A stretch of DNA of 64,000 nucleotides from Candidatus Omnitrophota bacterium. Its GTDB lineage: Bacteria; Omnitrophota; Gorgyraeia; Gygaellales; Profunditerraquicolaceae. The stretch is from the NCBI GenBank assembly GCA_041650835.1, contig JBAZKL010000004.1:102900-166899 (forward strand), read 5' to 3'. A program made the position numbers and the translations under genes. Shown here one piece after another: positions 1-9,494 of this stretch; positions within the stretch are counted from its first letter, which is position 1; every line of letters starts with the position of its first letter. The notes below the pieces were generated by a model, which was not told the origin of the DNA, searched no databases, and worked only from the letters and a program-made list of their open reading frames with translations.

Positions 1-1066
1 CGTAAACAGGGACAAAAGGAATTTCATCCAAGCCTAAGTACTTTGTTACATCCTTAAATGTTGTATATGTCCTTCGATTCTTACAATAAGCGGCTGTCAA
101 AACAATGTCTTTTAAGTACGCTTTCCTGGTTTCCAGAAGAGCGCCTATATTGATCAAGGTTTGCGTTATCTGCCCCTGCGCATCATGTAAATAAATTGTT
201 TTTCCTTTTTGGTTGATGCTGGCTGTTCCGGAAATATGGAGCAACGATGAATTATCCGTTCTCACTTCAACTCCGCGCGAAAAAGTCGCTCCGTACCTGC
301 TTGCCTCATTTTGACGATCGCTCCTCATAATTGAAGCGGAACCAACGCGCTTTTTTTTCGGAACAAAGGCGATCAGATCAAGAAAGATCTCTTCCTTTGG
401 CCTGCCCACCCCCTGGATCCCGGTGCTGGCGGGCAAATATGTCTTATTTCCTGATATCAATCCAAATTCCTTAAAAAATTTTGCTCTTATCTTAATAAAC
501 CTTTTATACCAGCTCAGGATCCTCGGAAGATAGATCCAAGTCCGGATAATATGTTTGGCAGTCACGCCCTGCCTGCTTAACACGTCCTGACACAGCTTAA
601 CAATATATTCGACCTGCCGCACGGCAGACTGCTTCCCGGCATTACCGTCTTTCTGTAATCCCGAAACCCCGGAAAGGTATATTCCTTTAAAATCATCCGT
701 TTCGAATACGCGGCCTATGGGTTCTTCATTGAAAAATATCGTATCTACCCTGGTTTTCTTGCCGTCTTGAATCACCCCTATGATCTGAACACCGGCGATC
801 TTACCTCCGACGCAAGGAACGCTCCCGATATATGTAAAAGGTATCTTCGTATTTTCACGCATAACAGCGATACGGCGGTTCCGTATTGCCGCGGTTTCAT
901 CTCTCAAAGAGGGAAGTCCGTATATTTTCTCTAAAAGGACCTTTGCCCTTGCGTCCTTGAGAAACTCATAAAGCTTCGAAAACAAAAAGCTGACCGTAGA
1001 AGCATTTTTGATGGGGCGCGCCGTGAGCACGGTCAGGTAAATAATCTTCAACCCCCTGTACTTCAT
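1..1066 (-). CDS. RidA/YjgF-like fold protein, two tandem RidA-like segments (possibly chorismatase-like). The ATG is at 1066 and the C-terminus runs off the window edge
   Basis: Minus-strand reading from the ATG at 1064-1066 gives MKYRGLKIIYLTVLTAR... with repeated RidA-like segments (IYLSGVSGL, LHISGTASI). The ORF track lists no ORF here, consistent with an edge-truncated frame. Translation was done by eye. Confidence 0.4.
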   Translation of the reverse strand, partial: MKYRGLKIIYLTVLTARPIKNASTVSFLFSKLYEFLKDARAKVLLEKIYGLPSLRDETAAIRNRRIAVMRENTKIPFTYIGSVPCVGGKIAGVQIIGVIQDGKKTRVDTIFFNEEPIGRVFETDDFKGIYLSGVSGLQKDGNAGKQSAVRQVEYIVKLCQDVLSRQGVTAKHIIRTWIYLPRILSWYKRFIKIRAKFFKEFGLISGNKTYLPASTGIQGVGRPKEEIFLDLIAFVPKKKRVGSASIMRSDRQNEASRYGATFSRGVEVRTDNSSLLHISGTASINQKGKTIYLHDAQGQITQTLINIGALLETRKAYLKDIVLTAAYCKNRRTYTTFKDVTKYLGLDEIPFVPVY

Positions 1067-1125
1067 TTCACTCACCCTAACAGATAATCCACGGCCCCAT
1101 TTTAGCAACACAATATTTCTCCTTC

Positions 1126-1440
1126 TCCAAAGTCCATAGTCCACAGTCCATAGTCCGTTGAATTCTGGTAGCTGTCCCCAGAATTCCGTAAAGTTATTTC
1201 CCGTCACGAGATATGTTAATTTTATCACTCTCAACTATTTGAGCAAGTAATAATTGCCGGGGTGAGGTATGAAGGTCGCACACAGGTCGCAGGTAGTCTA
1301 TGGTCCACAGTCCATAGTAAAAGTGCTTATCGTGTCATTCCGGAAAACACGGTGACTGTCACGCTCTATGTGACTGTCACCGTGTTTTCTTGAAATAGAT
1401 TGGAGATCTACTACAATTAAGTGATGTGTCACTGGAACTT
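1126..1440. repeat. Composite MITE-like repeat block: GTCCATAGTCCACAGTCCATAGT units, a copy of the 'ttatcactctcaactatttgagcaagtaataattgcc' family, and a GTGACTGTCAC-N7-GTGACTGTCAC dyad
   Basis: Segments recur at 2640-2760, 6140-6410, 9495-9760 and 31546-31575. Compared by eye. Confidence 0.7.
1390..1417 (+). promoter_or_regulatory. Sigma70-like promoter (TTGAAA-16 bp-TACAAT) carried inside the repeat, facing rightward
   Basis: ttgaaa at 1390-1395 and tacaat at 1412-1417. The same module recurs at 2719-2746. Confidence 0.3.
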
Positions 1441-1442
1441 AC

Positions 1443-2471
1443 CTATGCATCCCTACCCGATGCTTTTTTAAGTAAATCCAGGAATTGAGGTTTAATAGTA
1501 TATTCTAATTCCTCTGCCTTATGGACATCTGCCCAGGCTTTGTTGTATTCTTTTATCAAATAATAGACAACCCCGCGATTGTAATAGGCATCTGCATAGT
1601 TGGGATTTATTTCAATGGCTTTGGTAAAATCCGGGATAGCTTGCATCGAGTATCCCTGTCGGGCATTGGTAAGGCCGCGGTTATGATAGGCCTCTGCACA
1701 CTGAGAGTTTAACTCAATGGCCCTGTTATAATCAGACATGGCCTGAGCATAGTTACCTTGTTCAGTGTAAACAATCCCGCGTTCACCATAGGCGCCTGCA
1801 AAATTATGATCTATTCCTATAGCCTTGTTATAGTCAGCCATGGCTTGAGTGAAATTGTCTTGTTTAGCATAATGCAAACCGCGGTTGTAATAGGCTTCTG
1901 CATATTCAGGGTTTATCTTAATTGCTTTAGTATAGTCAGAGACAGATTGAACGAAGTCACCTTGTTTTTCATAGACATTCCCTCGCTCATTATAAGCTTC
2001 CACAAAGTTTTGATTTAATTCTATGGCTTTATTGAAATCAGCCATGGCTTGAGTGAAATTTCCTTGTTTATAGTAAATCCTGCCACGATTATAAAAGGCT
2101 TCTGCCAAGTGAGGGTTTATTTCAATAACTTTGTTGTAATCAAAGAGAGCTTTAATGAAATTCCCCTGCTCTTCATAAACATTACCACGATTAAGAAGTG
2201 CTTCTGCAAAATTATGATCTATGTCTATAGCTTTGTTATAATCAGACATAGCTTGAGTGAAATCACTTTGTTTTTTAAAGACAAGGCCGCGATTGGTGTA
2301 AGCTTCTGCAAAGTTAGGATTTAATTCTATGGCTTTATTAAAATCAGCCATGGCTTTATTGAAATTTCCTTGTATATAGTACGTCCTTCCCCGATTATAG
2401 TATACTTCTGCGGTTTCAGCATAGACAGAAGAAATGCTGCAAAATAATACTCCTATTAATATAAACACCAT
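1443..2471 (-). CDS. Secreted tetratricopeptide (TPR) repeat protein
   Basis: Signal-peptide-like N-terminus followed by ~9 tandem 34-aa units of the form AEAYYNRG..Y...G.F..A..D..KAIE..PN. Confidence 0.8.
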   Translation of the reverse strand: MVFILIGVLFCSISSVYAETAEVYYNRGRTYYIQGNFNKAMADFNKAIELNPNFAEAYTNRGLVFKKQSDFTQAMSDYNKAIDIDHNFAEALLNRGNVYEEQGNFIKALFDYNKVIEINPHLAEAFYNRGRIYYKQGNFTQAMADFNKAIELNQNFVEAYNERGNVYEKQGDFVQSVSDYTKAIKINPEYAEAYYNRGLHYAKQDNFTQAMADYNKAIGIDHNFAGAYGERGIVYTEQGNYAQAMSDYNRAIELNSQCAEAYHNRGLTNARQGYSMQAIPDFTKAIEINPNYADAYYNRGVVYYLIKEYNKAWADVHKAEELEYTIKPQFLDLLKKASGRDA

Positions 2472-2639
2472 TATTCTTGAACTTTGAAGTTTAATTTTTG
2501 CTTTCCTTCTTATTTTACTTCCCCTGATGGAGGAGTTTCGCGACTAGTGTATGACAGAGTATATCAATTCCGGGGACACATTACGCTGCCCGAGACTTCA
2601 AGTCACAAGACACAGGTCACCCCTCAACAAGCTCGGGGC

Positions 2640-2760
2640 AGGCAAGTAGTCCATGGTCCACAGTCCATAGTAAAAACACGGTGACTGTCACGTTTTTCGT
2701 GACTGTCACCGTGTTTTCTTGAAATAGCTTGGAGATCTAATACAATTAAGTTATGCGCCC
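2640..2760. repeat. Second copy of the GTCCATGGTCCACAGTCCATAGT + GTGACTGTCAC dyad + promoter-like repeat
   Basis: Near-identical to 1300-1430. The pair brackets the TPR gene. Confidence 0.7.
2719..2746 (+). promoter_or_regulatory. Sigma70-like promoter (TTGAAA-16 bp-TACAAT) inside the repeat, antisense to the downstream minus-strand gene
   Basis: ttgaaa at 2719-2724 and tacaat at 2741-2746. Confidence 0.3.
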
Positions 2761-2857
2761 CCGAAACTTAATCCAAACTTTTATGGTGACCGCTCATTTA
2801 TAGAAAATAGTGTCTGCTATTTTCCTAACAAAATCTGCCAGGGTATCAATAAGAATT

Positions 2858-5104
2858 CTAAAAACACTCATCCTTGGGAAATGTATTCAAATTGATACCT
2901 GCCACTTTATTCATTTGCGAATTGATGTCAATCGAACTCACTTCCGTGTGTGCGGGTAGAGCACTACTCTCAAATTTTCCAGCAAGTTCTATTGACCTGC
3001 TGTACCACAAGTTAACGTTGAATTGCATAGGTAGATGTGGAATAGGGGTGGGATCCCAATTTGCTCTTTCATATATAAGTTTTCCATCAATGTACCAGCG
3101 AATTGCCATTTGGCTCCATTCAATCGCATAACAATGAAAGTCTGCCGCAGCATCGAAACCTAAATTGATAATTACCGGAGTGCCCCGGTAGCCATATTCT
3201 AGTTTAGTCCCTTCAGAACCCGGATTGTAAAATACATTCACGAGAACCTTCGTTGTATCCTTACCGAGCAATTCAACATCTATCTCTTGTCGCGGAGAAT
3301 TTCGATGAAGGAAAACTCCAGTAATCAGTCCTGATACTTTTGCTGGCCTGACCACGGCCTCAAACCAACCATATTGATAAAATTGCTGGCTACAGATTGC
3401 ACCTGAAGTATACTCCCGCACCGAAGTATGCTCTTGTTGTAAGGTCAACCTCGCGATATTGTCATGAGCAATCGAGAAATTATTTGGTCTAAAGAGTGCA
3501 AGATTGCTAGGGAAGGTATCGTCTCGTACTGACCAAACCTCCCTTCTGACGTGATGAAATTGCTCGGATATTCTAACAGTTGTTTTTCTGTCCATAGAAT
3601 GATCTTTTATATGGACACCGCACCAATTTTTCTGGGGCACAATCCAAGGAGACAAATCCCTCTTCAGCTTCTTATATGGCAACCTATCCTTCGTAATTTT
3701 CGGATAACATACCGATACCAATTCCCGTTGTCCTTGATCTTCATCGTTAGGGTAGGGTGCGCTCGGATAGTCGCATCCTAAAAATTTGCATAACAACTCC
3801 CACTTATCCTCTTCCTCAACAGGTAGCACTAGTACATTTGATATACTGCGGAGCTCGGAAATCAAATCTCCGAATTCATCCGAATCATACCTCGAGTCTA
3901 TGGCAGGTTCTGTTGAAATAGACTTTTCTCGGTAATCGCAATCCGTAATGACAAAATGAGCATTTTTATACAACTTTGCCAATTCAACTAACCTTGAAGG
4001 AAAGAAAGAACCAATATTTACGTAAGCATCAAAAACTCTCCCTCTCTTTTTTCCAAACAAATTTTCAAACTCTCTTAAGGGTAGTCCCGTAAGATCACTA
4101 CAACATCGATATCCCAACATTGACAGAGCCATCGCCAGCGAACTCAGACCACTGCCAACCCTCCCTGCGGCGATAACAGGCGACGACAACACACGCTTAC
4201 GATATATCAACGGTTTCTCGCAGGTGAGCAAACCGACCTTGGAAAGAATTGGTAAAATCGAATAGGAATTAGCGGAAGGAGAATCTAGACGCTGCTCAAT
4301 AAGGGATTTGCTTGTAGCGAAGATATCTAGCTTTTGAAACTGGAGGTTCATCCACAAATCAACTGGCCCTTGAACTGGCAGCAGGCTCAGAAGTTTATCA
4401 GCTCCTTTTTTTGATAATACGTATCCAGAAAGTTGCCATAATCCACGCTTCGGGCGAAACAATTCTTTACTAACTTGACACTTATTAGCACCTCTTCGAG
4501 CTTCTTTATACGACAAATACAAAATTTCAAAATCGGTGGATGGCTCGTGAATATTCATCAACTCAGTCCACGCCCTATCAAGGTCTCGTGAGAAACACCG
4601 GCGAAAAATGACGTCATCTTCAAGCACTAATGAATAAGGATGCTCCCCTTCAGCTATGAGTCTCCAAATTCCGATATGTGATAAGGCAACCGCTGCTTCC
4701 TGAGGGGTCATTTCCACACATTGCTTTCTTAGTTCATTTTCAGGATCTGATAGTGCGGCAGGATCCACGTACAATTGATCTGCTAACGAATAGTCAGTTC
4801 TAAGTTCAGCACTATCGGGTAACCCCTTGTAGTAGCGTGCGTCGACAGCTGAAAAACGCCTTGCAATAACCGTCATACGTTTTCCGAAGATATCGTTAAC
4901 ATTCCACAATTCTCGTTTTATTCTACGCCATCTATAGTCATGTCTGTCTAGATTTATCACATATACTCTCTGGATGGCCCTAACTTGGTCGTTACTTGAG
5001 CTACAGAAAGCTTTACAACTACGATTCACTCCTATATACCTCGTAAGGAGCATAAATCGATACCACAACCAAACTATAGGTGACAAATACGTAGCTTCGT
5101 TCAT
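2858..5104 (-). CDS. Multidomain carbohydrate-active protein: N-terminal GT25-like glycosyltransferase domain, an unassigned middle region, and a C-terminal GH16 (laminarinase-type beta-glucanase) domain
   Basis: N-terminal RVYVINLDRHDYRWRR matches the GT25 (LPS glycosyltransferase) signature. C-terminal GWFEAVVRPAK...QEIDVELLG matches the GH16 ExDxE catalytic motif. 748 aa. Confidence 0.65.
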   Translation of the reverse strand: MNEATYLSPIVWLWYRFMLLTRYIGVNRSCKAFCSSSNDQVRAIQRVYVINLDRHDYRWRRIKRELWNVNDIFGKRMTVIARRFSAVDARYYKGLPDSAELRTDYSLADQLYVDPAALSDPENELRKQCVEMTPQEAAVALSHIGIWRLIAEGEHPYSLVLEDDVIFRRCFSRDLDRAWTELMNIHEPSTDFEILYLSYKEARRGANKCQVSKELFRPKRGLWQLSGYVLSKKGADKLLSLLPVQGPVDLWMNLQFQKLDIFATSKSLIEQRLDSPSANSYSILPILSKVGLLTCEKPLIYRKRVLSSPVIAAGRVGSGLSSLAMALSMLGYRCCSDLTGLPLREFENLFGKKRGRVFDAYVNIGSFFPSRLVELAKLYKNAHFVITDCDYREKSISTEPAIDSRYDSDEFGDLISELRSISNVLVLPVEEEDKWELLCKFLGCDYPSAPYPNDEDQGQRELVSVCYPKITKDRLPYKKLKRDLSPWIVPQKNWCGVHIKDHSMDRKTTVRISEQFHHVRREVWSVRDDTFPSNLALFRPNNFSIAHDNIARLTLQQEHTSVREYTSGAICSQQFYQYGWFEAVVRPAKVSGLITGVFLHRNSPRQEIDVELLGKDTTKVLVNVFYNPGSEGTKLEYGYRGTPVIINLGFDAAADFHCYAIEWSQMAIRWYIDGKLIYERANWDPTPIPHLPMQFNVNLWYSRSIELAGKFESSALPAHTEVSSIDINSQMNKVAGINLNTFPKDECF

Positions 5105-5949
5105 ATATCAATCACACCCTGGAATATCAGGGACCTCCATATTCGCCAGTTACGCTTATCGTTTCGGTAGCTTAAAGGCCATTTACTAATAGAGAAAGAA
5201 TCCCAATCATATAGAAAGTCAAAATCCTGGTTATTCCTTTCGCTTTCCAGACAATTCCAATGTCTGACTAAACTTGCAGATAAATTTCCGGGTCCCGTAG
5301 TAGACTGTATATCAACTCGTTTTTCGGGACTATTTAAAAGGATTAATGTTGCACGTTCCAAGGCCTGTTGAATAATTGGATGATCTGGCGGTGCAATAAT
5401 TGGATTGTTGTTCACGTAAAAAATCCAGTTAGGAGAGTTTGCGTTCAGATTTATATAAATGCATTCCTGAATCATTTTGCCGCTAAAATGATCGTAGCAT
5501 AAAGGTTGTACTTTGAGTCGATCATCGTTGAAAAAGGATTGAAGACCTTTACCCTGATAGACTTCGTCAGCATCTACGTAAAAACCTCCTGATTTTAAAA
5601 GGTAACAAAGACGAAAGTAGTCGCACCGCATTGCCGGGTGGGAACAAAGGTCAAAGGCTGCAACGTGTTTTATGCCAAATCGTTCGTGGATAAAATTCCT
5701 AGCCGAACAGTCATCAAAAATAACTCGCTTAAAACCTTGTTGAATAAGCGACTTCCAGCTGTCTAGACACTCCTGAACGTCGACAGGCACATCATCTAAG
5801 TCATGCCAAAACTGAATAATTACCCTCGGGATATCGATGACACTATGTCGTTTCTTGGATGAGACAGGTTTTTGAACCAGTTTTCGGATACACTCGGAAC
5901 GCAGGTTGTCATCTTCTTCAATATGTGAAATATCTTCCTTGGGCTTCAT
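5101..5949 (-). CDS. GT32-family glycosyltransferase (DXD sugar-binding region, Och1/Gb3-synthase-like)
   Basis: IPRVIIQFWHD matches the IP(K/R)IIHQ(I/F)W motif. FYVDADEV supplies the DXD. There is a 4-bp overlap with the downstream gene, suggesting an operon. Confidence 0.6.
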   Translation of the reverse strand: MKPKEDISHIEEDDNLRSECIRKLVQKPVSSKKRHSVIDIPRVIIQFWHDLDDVPVDVQECLDSWKSLIQQGFKRVIFDDCSARNFIHERFGIKHVAAFDLCSHPAMRCDYFRLCYLLKSGGFYVDADEVYQGKGLQSFFNDDRLKVQPLCYDHFSGKMIQECIYINLNANSPNWIFYVNNNPIIAPPDHPIIQQALERATLILLNSPEKRVDIQSTTGPGNLSASLVRHWNCLESERNNQDFDFLYDWDSFSISKWPLSYRNDKRNWRIWRSLIFQGVIDI

Positions 5950-6139
5950 TATTTCTCCTAAAGGGATTATATTATGCAGAATGGGAAAAAAGAAAAGATT
6001 ACGAAAGAAAACTACGGAAGAGCTTCGAGTCTAAAATCAACATAACACAGTTTCCATATAATCAGGCCATGCTTCCCTAGTGCCTTCACTCAAAATCATT
6101 TCCGGATTACCAAGCTGGATATACTTTATACATTCTGCA

Positions 6140-6410
6140 GACAATTCCAGAAACACTTAATTATCTGGATGTTTTTTAGGTCCAGACTTCCCCTTTCACA
6201 GTCCCCTCCCAGCTAACTCCTCCAATTTCCCTTTAAACTCTTTAATATAGAAGACGGTTCTCAATCCCATCATTTCCTTCAAAAAAGACGGGTTTCTACT
6301 ACCTATAATCTTATCACCCCCAACTGTTTGAGCAAGCAATAATTGCCTAGGATCAGGCGCGGGTGACCTGCACCTTTTAAAAGAAAGATAACGGCATGAC
6401 ACCGATTCCT
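6140..6410. repeat. ~250 bp repeat element, copy A (cacttaattatctgGatgttttttaggtccagacttcccctttcacagtcccctcccag...ttgagcaagcaataattgcctaggatcaggcgcgg)
   Basis: About 90% identical to 9495-9760 in the same orientation, with a partial third copy at 1190-1270. The 68-aa ORF inside it differs from its homologue at 9550-9747 mostly by non-synonymous changes, so it is probably non-coding. Confidence 0.75.
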
Positions 6411-6617
6411 AAACGTCGGTAAATTTCTCGCAAGGAATCGATGTTAAATAAAAAACCCCACCATAAAATAGCAGGGTTTTTTATTTTAACTCCTCGCGCC
6501 ACCCAAACTTTTCTATAACTATCCATGTAGGAATGAATTACAAGAAGAAGGGTAACAGCAGCACGATTATGGCTTGAGAATTAATAGCGAGCTGGCCTCT
6601 TTTATTTATAAACAAAA

Positions 6618-7292
6618 TTAAGAAATGAGTTCTATTCTGAAAAGATTATCTTTTTCGAAAACTCGAAATTCAAAATTACATGAATCGCATTTCATTTTTT
6701 CCCCAATTTTTCTCAATGGTACCTCAACATTTTTATTACATCTACCGCAATTAACGTAAATTCGATAGCAGGAAGAACATAAGCCAATCATCATAGTTCT
6801 TGGTTTTCCATCCTTTTTATCAATAAATGCTAGATGAGAATCCCAATATATTAAAGAAAGCGGACAATCAGTTCTGTTAACAGTACAATATTCACAACAT
6901 GATAGAGAAAAATATGGCATTTTTTTATAGTCACTGTTTAAATCAATAGTCTCCAATGTAATGTTGCCTTTTCTAGCCCGTTTTGAGGCAGCCTTAGAAA
7001 ACCCTTTTGTTGTTATCATTAATCCCATATCAACATTTACATCATCAAGAAATCCATAAAAAGAATCTATTCTAGGGAGAGTAATCTTTGCATTAAAACA
7101 TTTACAATCTACTACGATTACTACTTTTTTATTGTTTAATCTAGTGAAAATCAGTATATCGATTTGTCGTTTTCTATTACTGTGTCGGCCATCTAAAAAA
7201 TATTTACGAAAGATTCTGGTCTTTTCTGGGCATAATCTTCGTAAATAAGCAAATATTTGCCCCTCATAATCACGCCATTTAACCATGGCCAA
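6618..7292 (-). CDS. Mrr-like PD-(D/E)xK restriction-endonuclease-fold protein with a C-terminal Cys-rich zinc-ribbon region
   Basis: RQIDILIF...VVIVVDCKCF matches the Mrr_cat D...(D/E)xK core. The C-terminus carries CCEYC...C...CSSC...CGRC...CDSC. Separated by 4 bp from the upstream gene. Confidence 0.55.
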   Translation of the reverse strand: MAMVKWRDYEGQIFAYLRRLCPEKTRIFRKYFLDGRHSNRKRQIDILIFTRLNNKKVVIVVDCKCFNAKITLPRIDSFYGFLDDVNVDMGLMITTKGFSKAASKRARKGNITLETIDLNSDYKKMPYFSLSCCEYCTVNRTDCPLSLIYWDSHLAFIDKKDGKPRTMMIGLCSSCYRIYVNCGRCNKNVEVPLRKIGEKMKCDSCNFEFRVFEKDNLFRIELIS

Positions 7293-7296
7293 CTCC

Positions 7297-8163
7297 TCAT
7301 TGAAAAAAGTCAGGGAGGGAATCCCTCCGTGCTTGTAGCTCTTCTTTCGTAATCAATTTCATTAAATACAATAAAGAATTGCCTAAATCAGTCCACCAGT
7401 ATGAAAATTCAACAACTGTTTTTTCGCCTCCGGCGGTAGGGGCTCTAGTTGAAGCCGTATTTAAGCCAAGAATCCCGTGCGTGCATAAGTTAGCTATGGC
7501 AGGCACATGCCTTTCAAAAGCCCCCCTTAAATGATTTTCTTTTAACCGACTTATTAACTCGTCCTCATAATCCTTACGCCCTTGAGGTGAAGTATGGAAG
7601 GCGAAATTTCGCTTCCCACATTGGGTCATTATTACTTCAAACTCGTAGGGCCCTAAGAGCATTCTCGCTTGTTTAATTCGTTTTTCATTTTCAATCTCAT
7701 AGGACTTGATTGCATCAACGATTCGATTAGCCAAAGGTTCAATGCTTTTTGTAAGATCATTTTCGTACTCATAAAAGATCAAATCTTTTGTATCGAAAGT
7801 GGGGTTGTATCCCTTTTCTGCAATCAATATTTGCCTCTCTTTTGGTTGTGTGGCATGAGCAATTCCTAATTCATAAAAAACATTAGGATTGGTTTCAGTC
7901 GTTAATACACCCAATACAATCTGGGCTGTCATTAGATGATCTAAGACATTTATCCAACCTGACGTCATTCTGATATCTTCTTTTGTCCTATGTGCATAGA
8001 GAGCCCTTTTGTCTGAATAACACAAAATATCATTTGCTTTTACGATAGCAGGATTGATTAAATTTTCATAAACACCATCGTATTTAGCAGAAAACGGCAT
8101 AACGACAAAAATTTCCCGAGAATTTATTCCTTTTAGTTGTGGTTTATGGTCATACGTATACAT
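7297..8163 (-). CDS. Nucleoside 2-deoxyribosyltransferase-like (NDT/SLOG-type Rossmannoid) domain protein with an uncharacterised C-terminal half
   Basis: IFVVMPFS...YDGVYE corresponds to the AGPFF-like loop. FYELGIAHATQPKERQILIAEKG corresponds to the catalytic (E)-x-G-x-A...GKP pattern of NDT-like enzymes. Confidence 0.45.
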   Translation of the reverse strand: MYTYDHKPQLKGINSREIFVVMPFSAKYDGVYENLINPAIVKANDILCYSDKRALYAHRTKEDIRMTSGWINVLDHLMTAQIVLGVLTTETNPNVFYELGIAHATQPKERQILIAEKGYNPTFDTKDLIFYEYENDLTKSIEPLANRIVDAIKSYEIENEKRIKQARMLLGPYEFEVIMTQCGKRNFAFHTSPQGRKDYEDELISRLKENHLRGAFERHVPAIANLCTHGILGLNTASTRAPTAGGEKTVVEFSYWWTDLGNSLLYLMKLITKEELQARRDSLPDFFQ

Positions 8164-8397
8164 TATCTACCTCAATATCATTCACAATTCCGGGGACACT
8201 GGACTTGCCCTGATAAAATGGACACCTAGTTGACGTGTGCTCTTCGCTCGTATTCCACGGGGCTCACATATCCCAAGGTCGCAGAATTCCAGGGACAGCT
8301 ACCACAATTATTTACCATTACTTTTCGGCCCAGGCTTCTGCCTATGCAAAACACGTCCCGTTATCGCCTCAAGACGGTCGATAGAATTCCGGTAGGA

Positions 8398-9375
8398 CTA
8401 AAAGCATTGAACGGAGATTAACGGCCTACTGCCTTCTTGAGGCGCCCCACCATTGATATATACCTTCCATTGTATATCGTACTGGAACCTCTTATCCCAA
8501 CGATCGTGATCCATAAAGTAATGAAGCTTGGTCATTCCATCTTCACCGAAAAGCTTTAGTTTCTTCCCAGGCAATAAATCACTCGTAAATTGCTTTTTAG
8601 CGATGTCGGCTAAGCCTGAAAAAGAAAATATCAGACATAGATAGCCGGGCTTGTCGCGTGAGTCAGTCCCTCTTAAATGAGGATAATTCCACTCCGTTTT
8701 TTCAAGATAGGCTTTTGGAAAATAAAGGTCGACGTCGACATCTTCAAATTTTCTGGAACTTCTATTTTCAATTTCAAAAACAAACGAATATTTGTGCAGA
8801 TCCTGAGTCATTTCAAGTTTTTTGAAATCTGCTGTGATTTTCGTTGATGTCTCCGGCTTAGAATATTCACTCTTAAGCTTTTCGTGCGCATCCCATTCGT
8901 CCTTGGTCAAATCCCGATCAGCAATCGGAAAACCCATATCTCCACAAACCATTTTCAATGTCTCAACAAACTCTTGCCGAGAAAAATATTCCTTCCCTTG
9001 GCTCACCAATGTTAAAGGCGCGCCGAAATCACTTGCTGAAATATTCGTAAACAGCGGATAAACTTTTTTATCTTTAGCCCATACCGCAGCTGATTCCCAC
9101 CAAACCCATGATGACGTCTTTGATTTAACAGAACATATAGGAATTATCGCTTTGGCGTGTTTAAGTTTTTCTTCCATCATTATCTTTAGGGGATTTTCAC
9201 CGGGCGGGATATCTCTTTTGGCAACGAATGCTTCAATCTTTGATTCGGTTAAACGATGGATAATATCCCTAATAAAATCCGCTAACGCCAGTTCCTCACC
9301 AGTGTAACTAATGAAAACGATCGGCTTTTCAAAATCGACACGCCTTAATTCATCAATTAAATCGCCCATTGCCAT
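8398..9375 (-). CDS. TIR-domain protein (N-terminal ~150 aa TIR) with an uncharacterised ~170-aa C-terminal domain
   Basis: KPIVFISYTGEE...FIRDI...IEAFV...AKAIIPICS...SSWVWWESAAVWAKDK.VYPLF is a typical bacterial TIR pattern, including a candidate catalytic Glu. Confidence 0.65.
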   Translation of the reverse strand: MAMGDLIDELRRVDFEKPIVFISYTGEELALADFIRDIIHRLTESKIEAFVAKRDIPPGENPLKIMMEEKLKHAKAIIPICSVKSKTSSWVWWESAAVWAKDKKVYPLFTNISASDFGAPLTLVSQGKEYFSRQEFVETLKMVCGDMGFPIADRDLTKDEWDAHEKLKSEYSKPETSTKITADFKKLEMTQDLHKYSFVFEIENRSSRKFEDVDVDLYFPKAYLEKTEWNYPHLRGTDSRDKPGYLCLIFSFSGLADIAKKQFTSDLLPGKKLKLFGEDGMTKLHYFMDHDRWDKRFQYDIQWKVYINGGAPQEGSRPLISVQCF

Positions 9376-9494
9376 AAATAGCTCCTATTAGTCGCACTTA
9401 CCTTGTCTTACCGGCCATGTGCGCTTGAATTTCCGCTTCGTTTATACGCTTACGTCCGGTCAACTCGTCCGCTGTAGGCGTCCGCCCTATAGGG

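Noticed and set aside
6196-6402. 68-aa and 65-aa ORFs (6196-6402, 9550-9747) as conserved small proteins
   Set aside because: They sit inside the ~250-bp mobile repeat, and copy-to-copy differences are mostly non-synonymous. Treated as non-coding repeat sequence.
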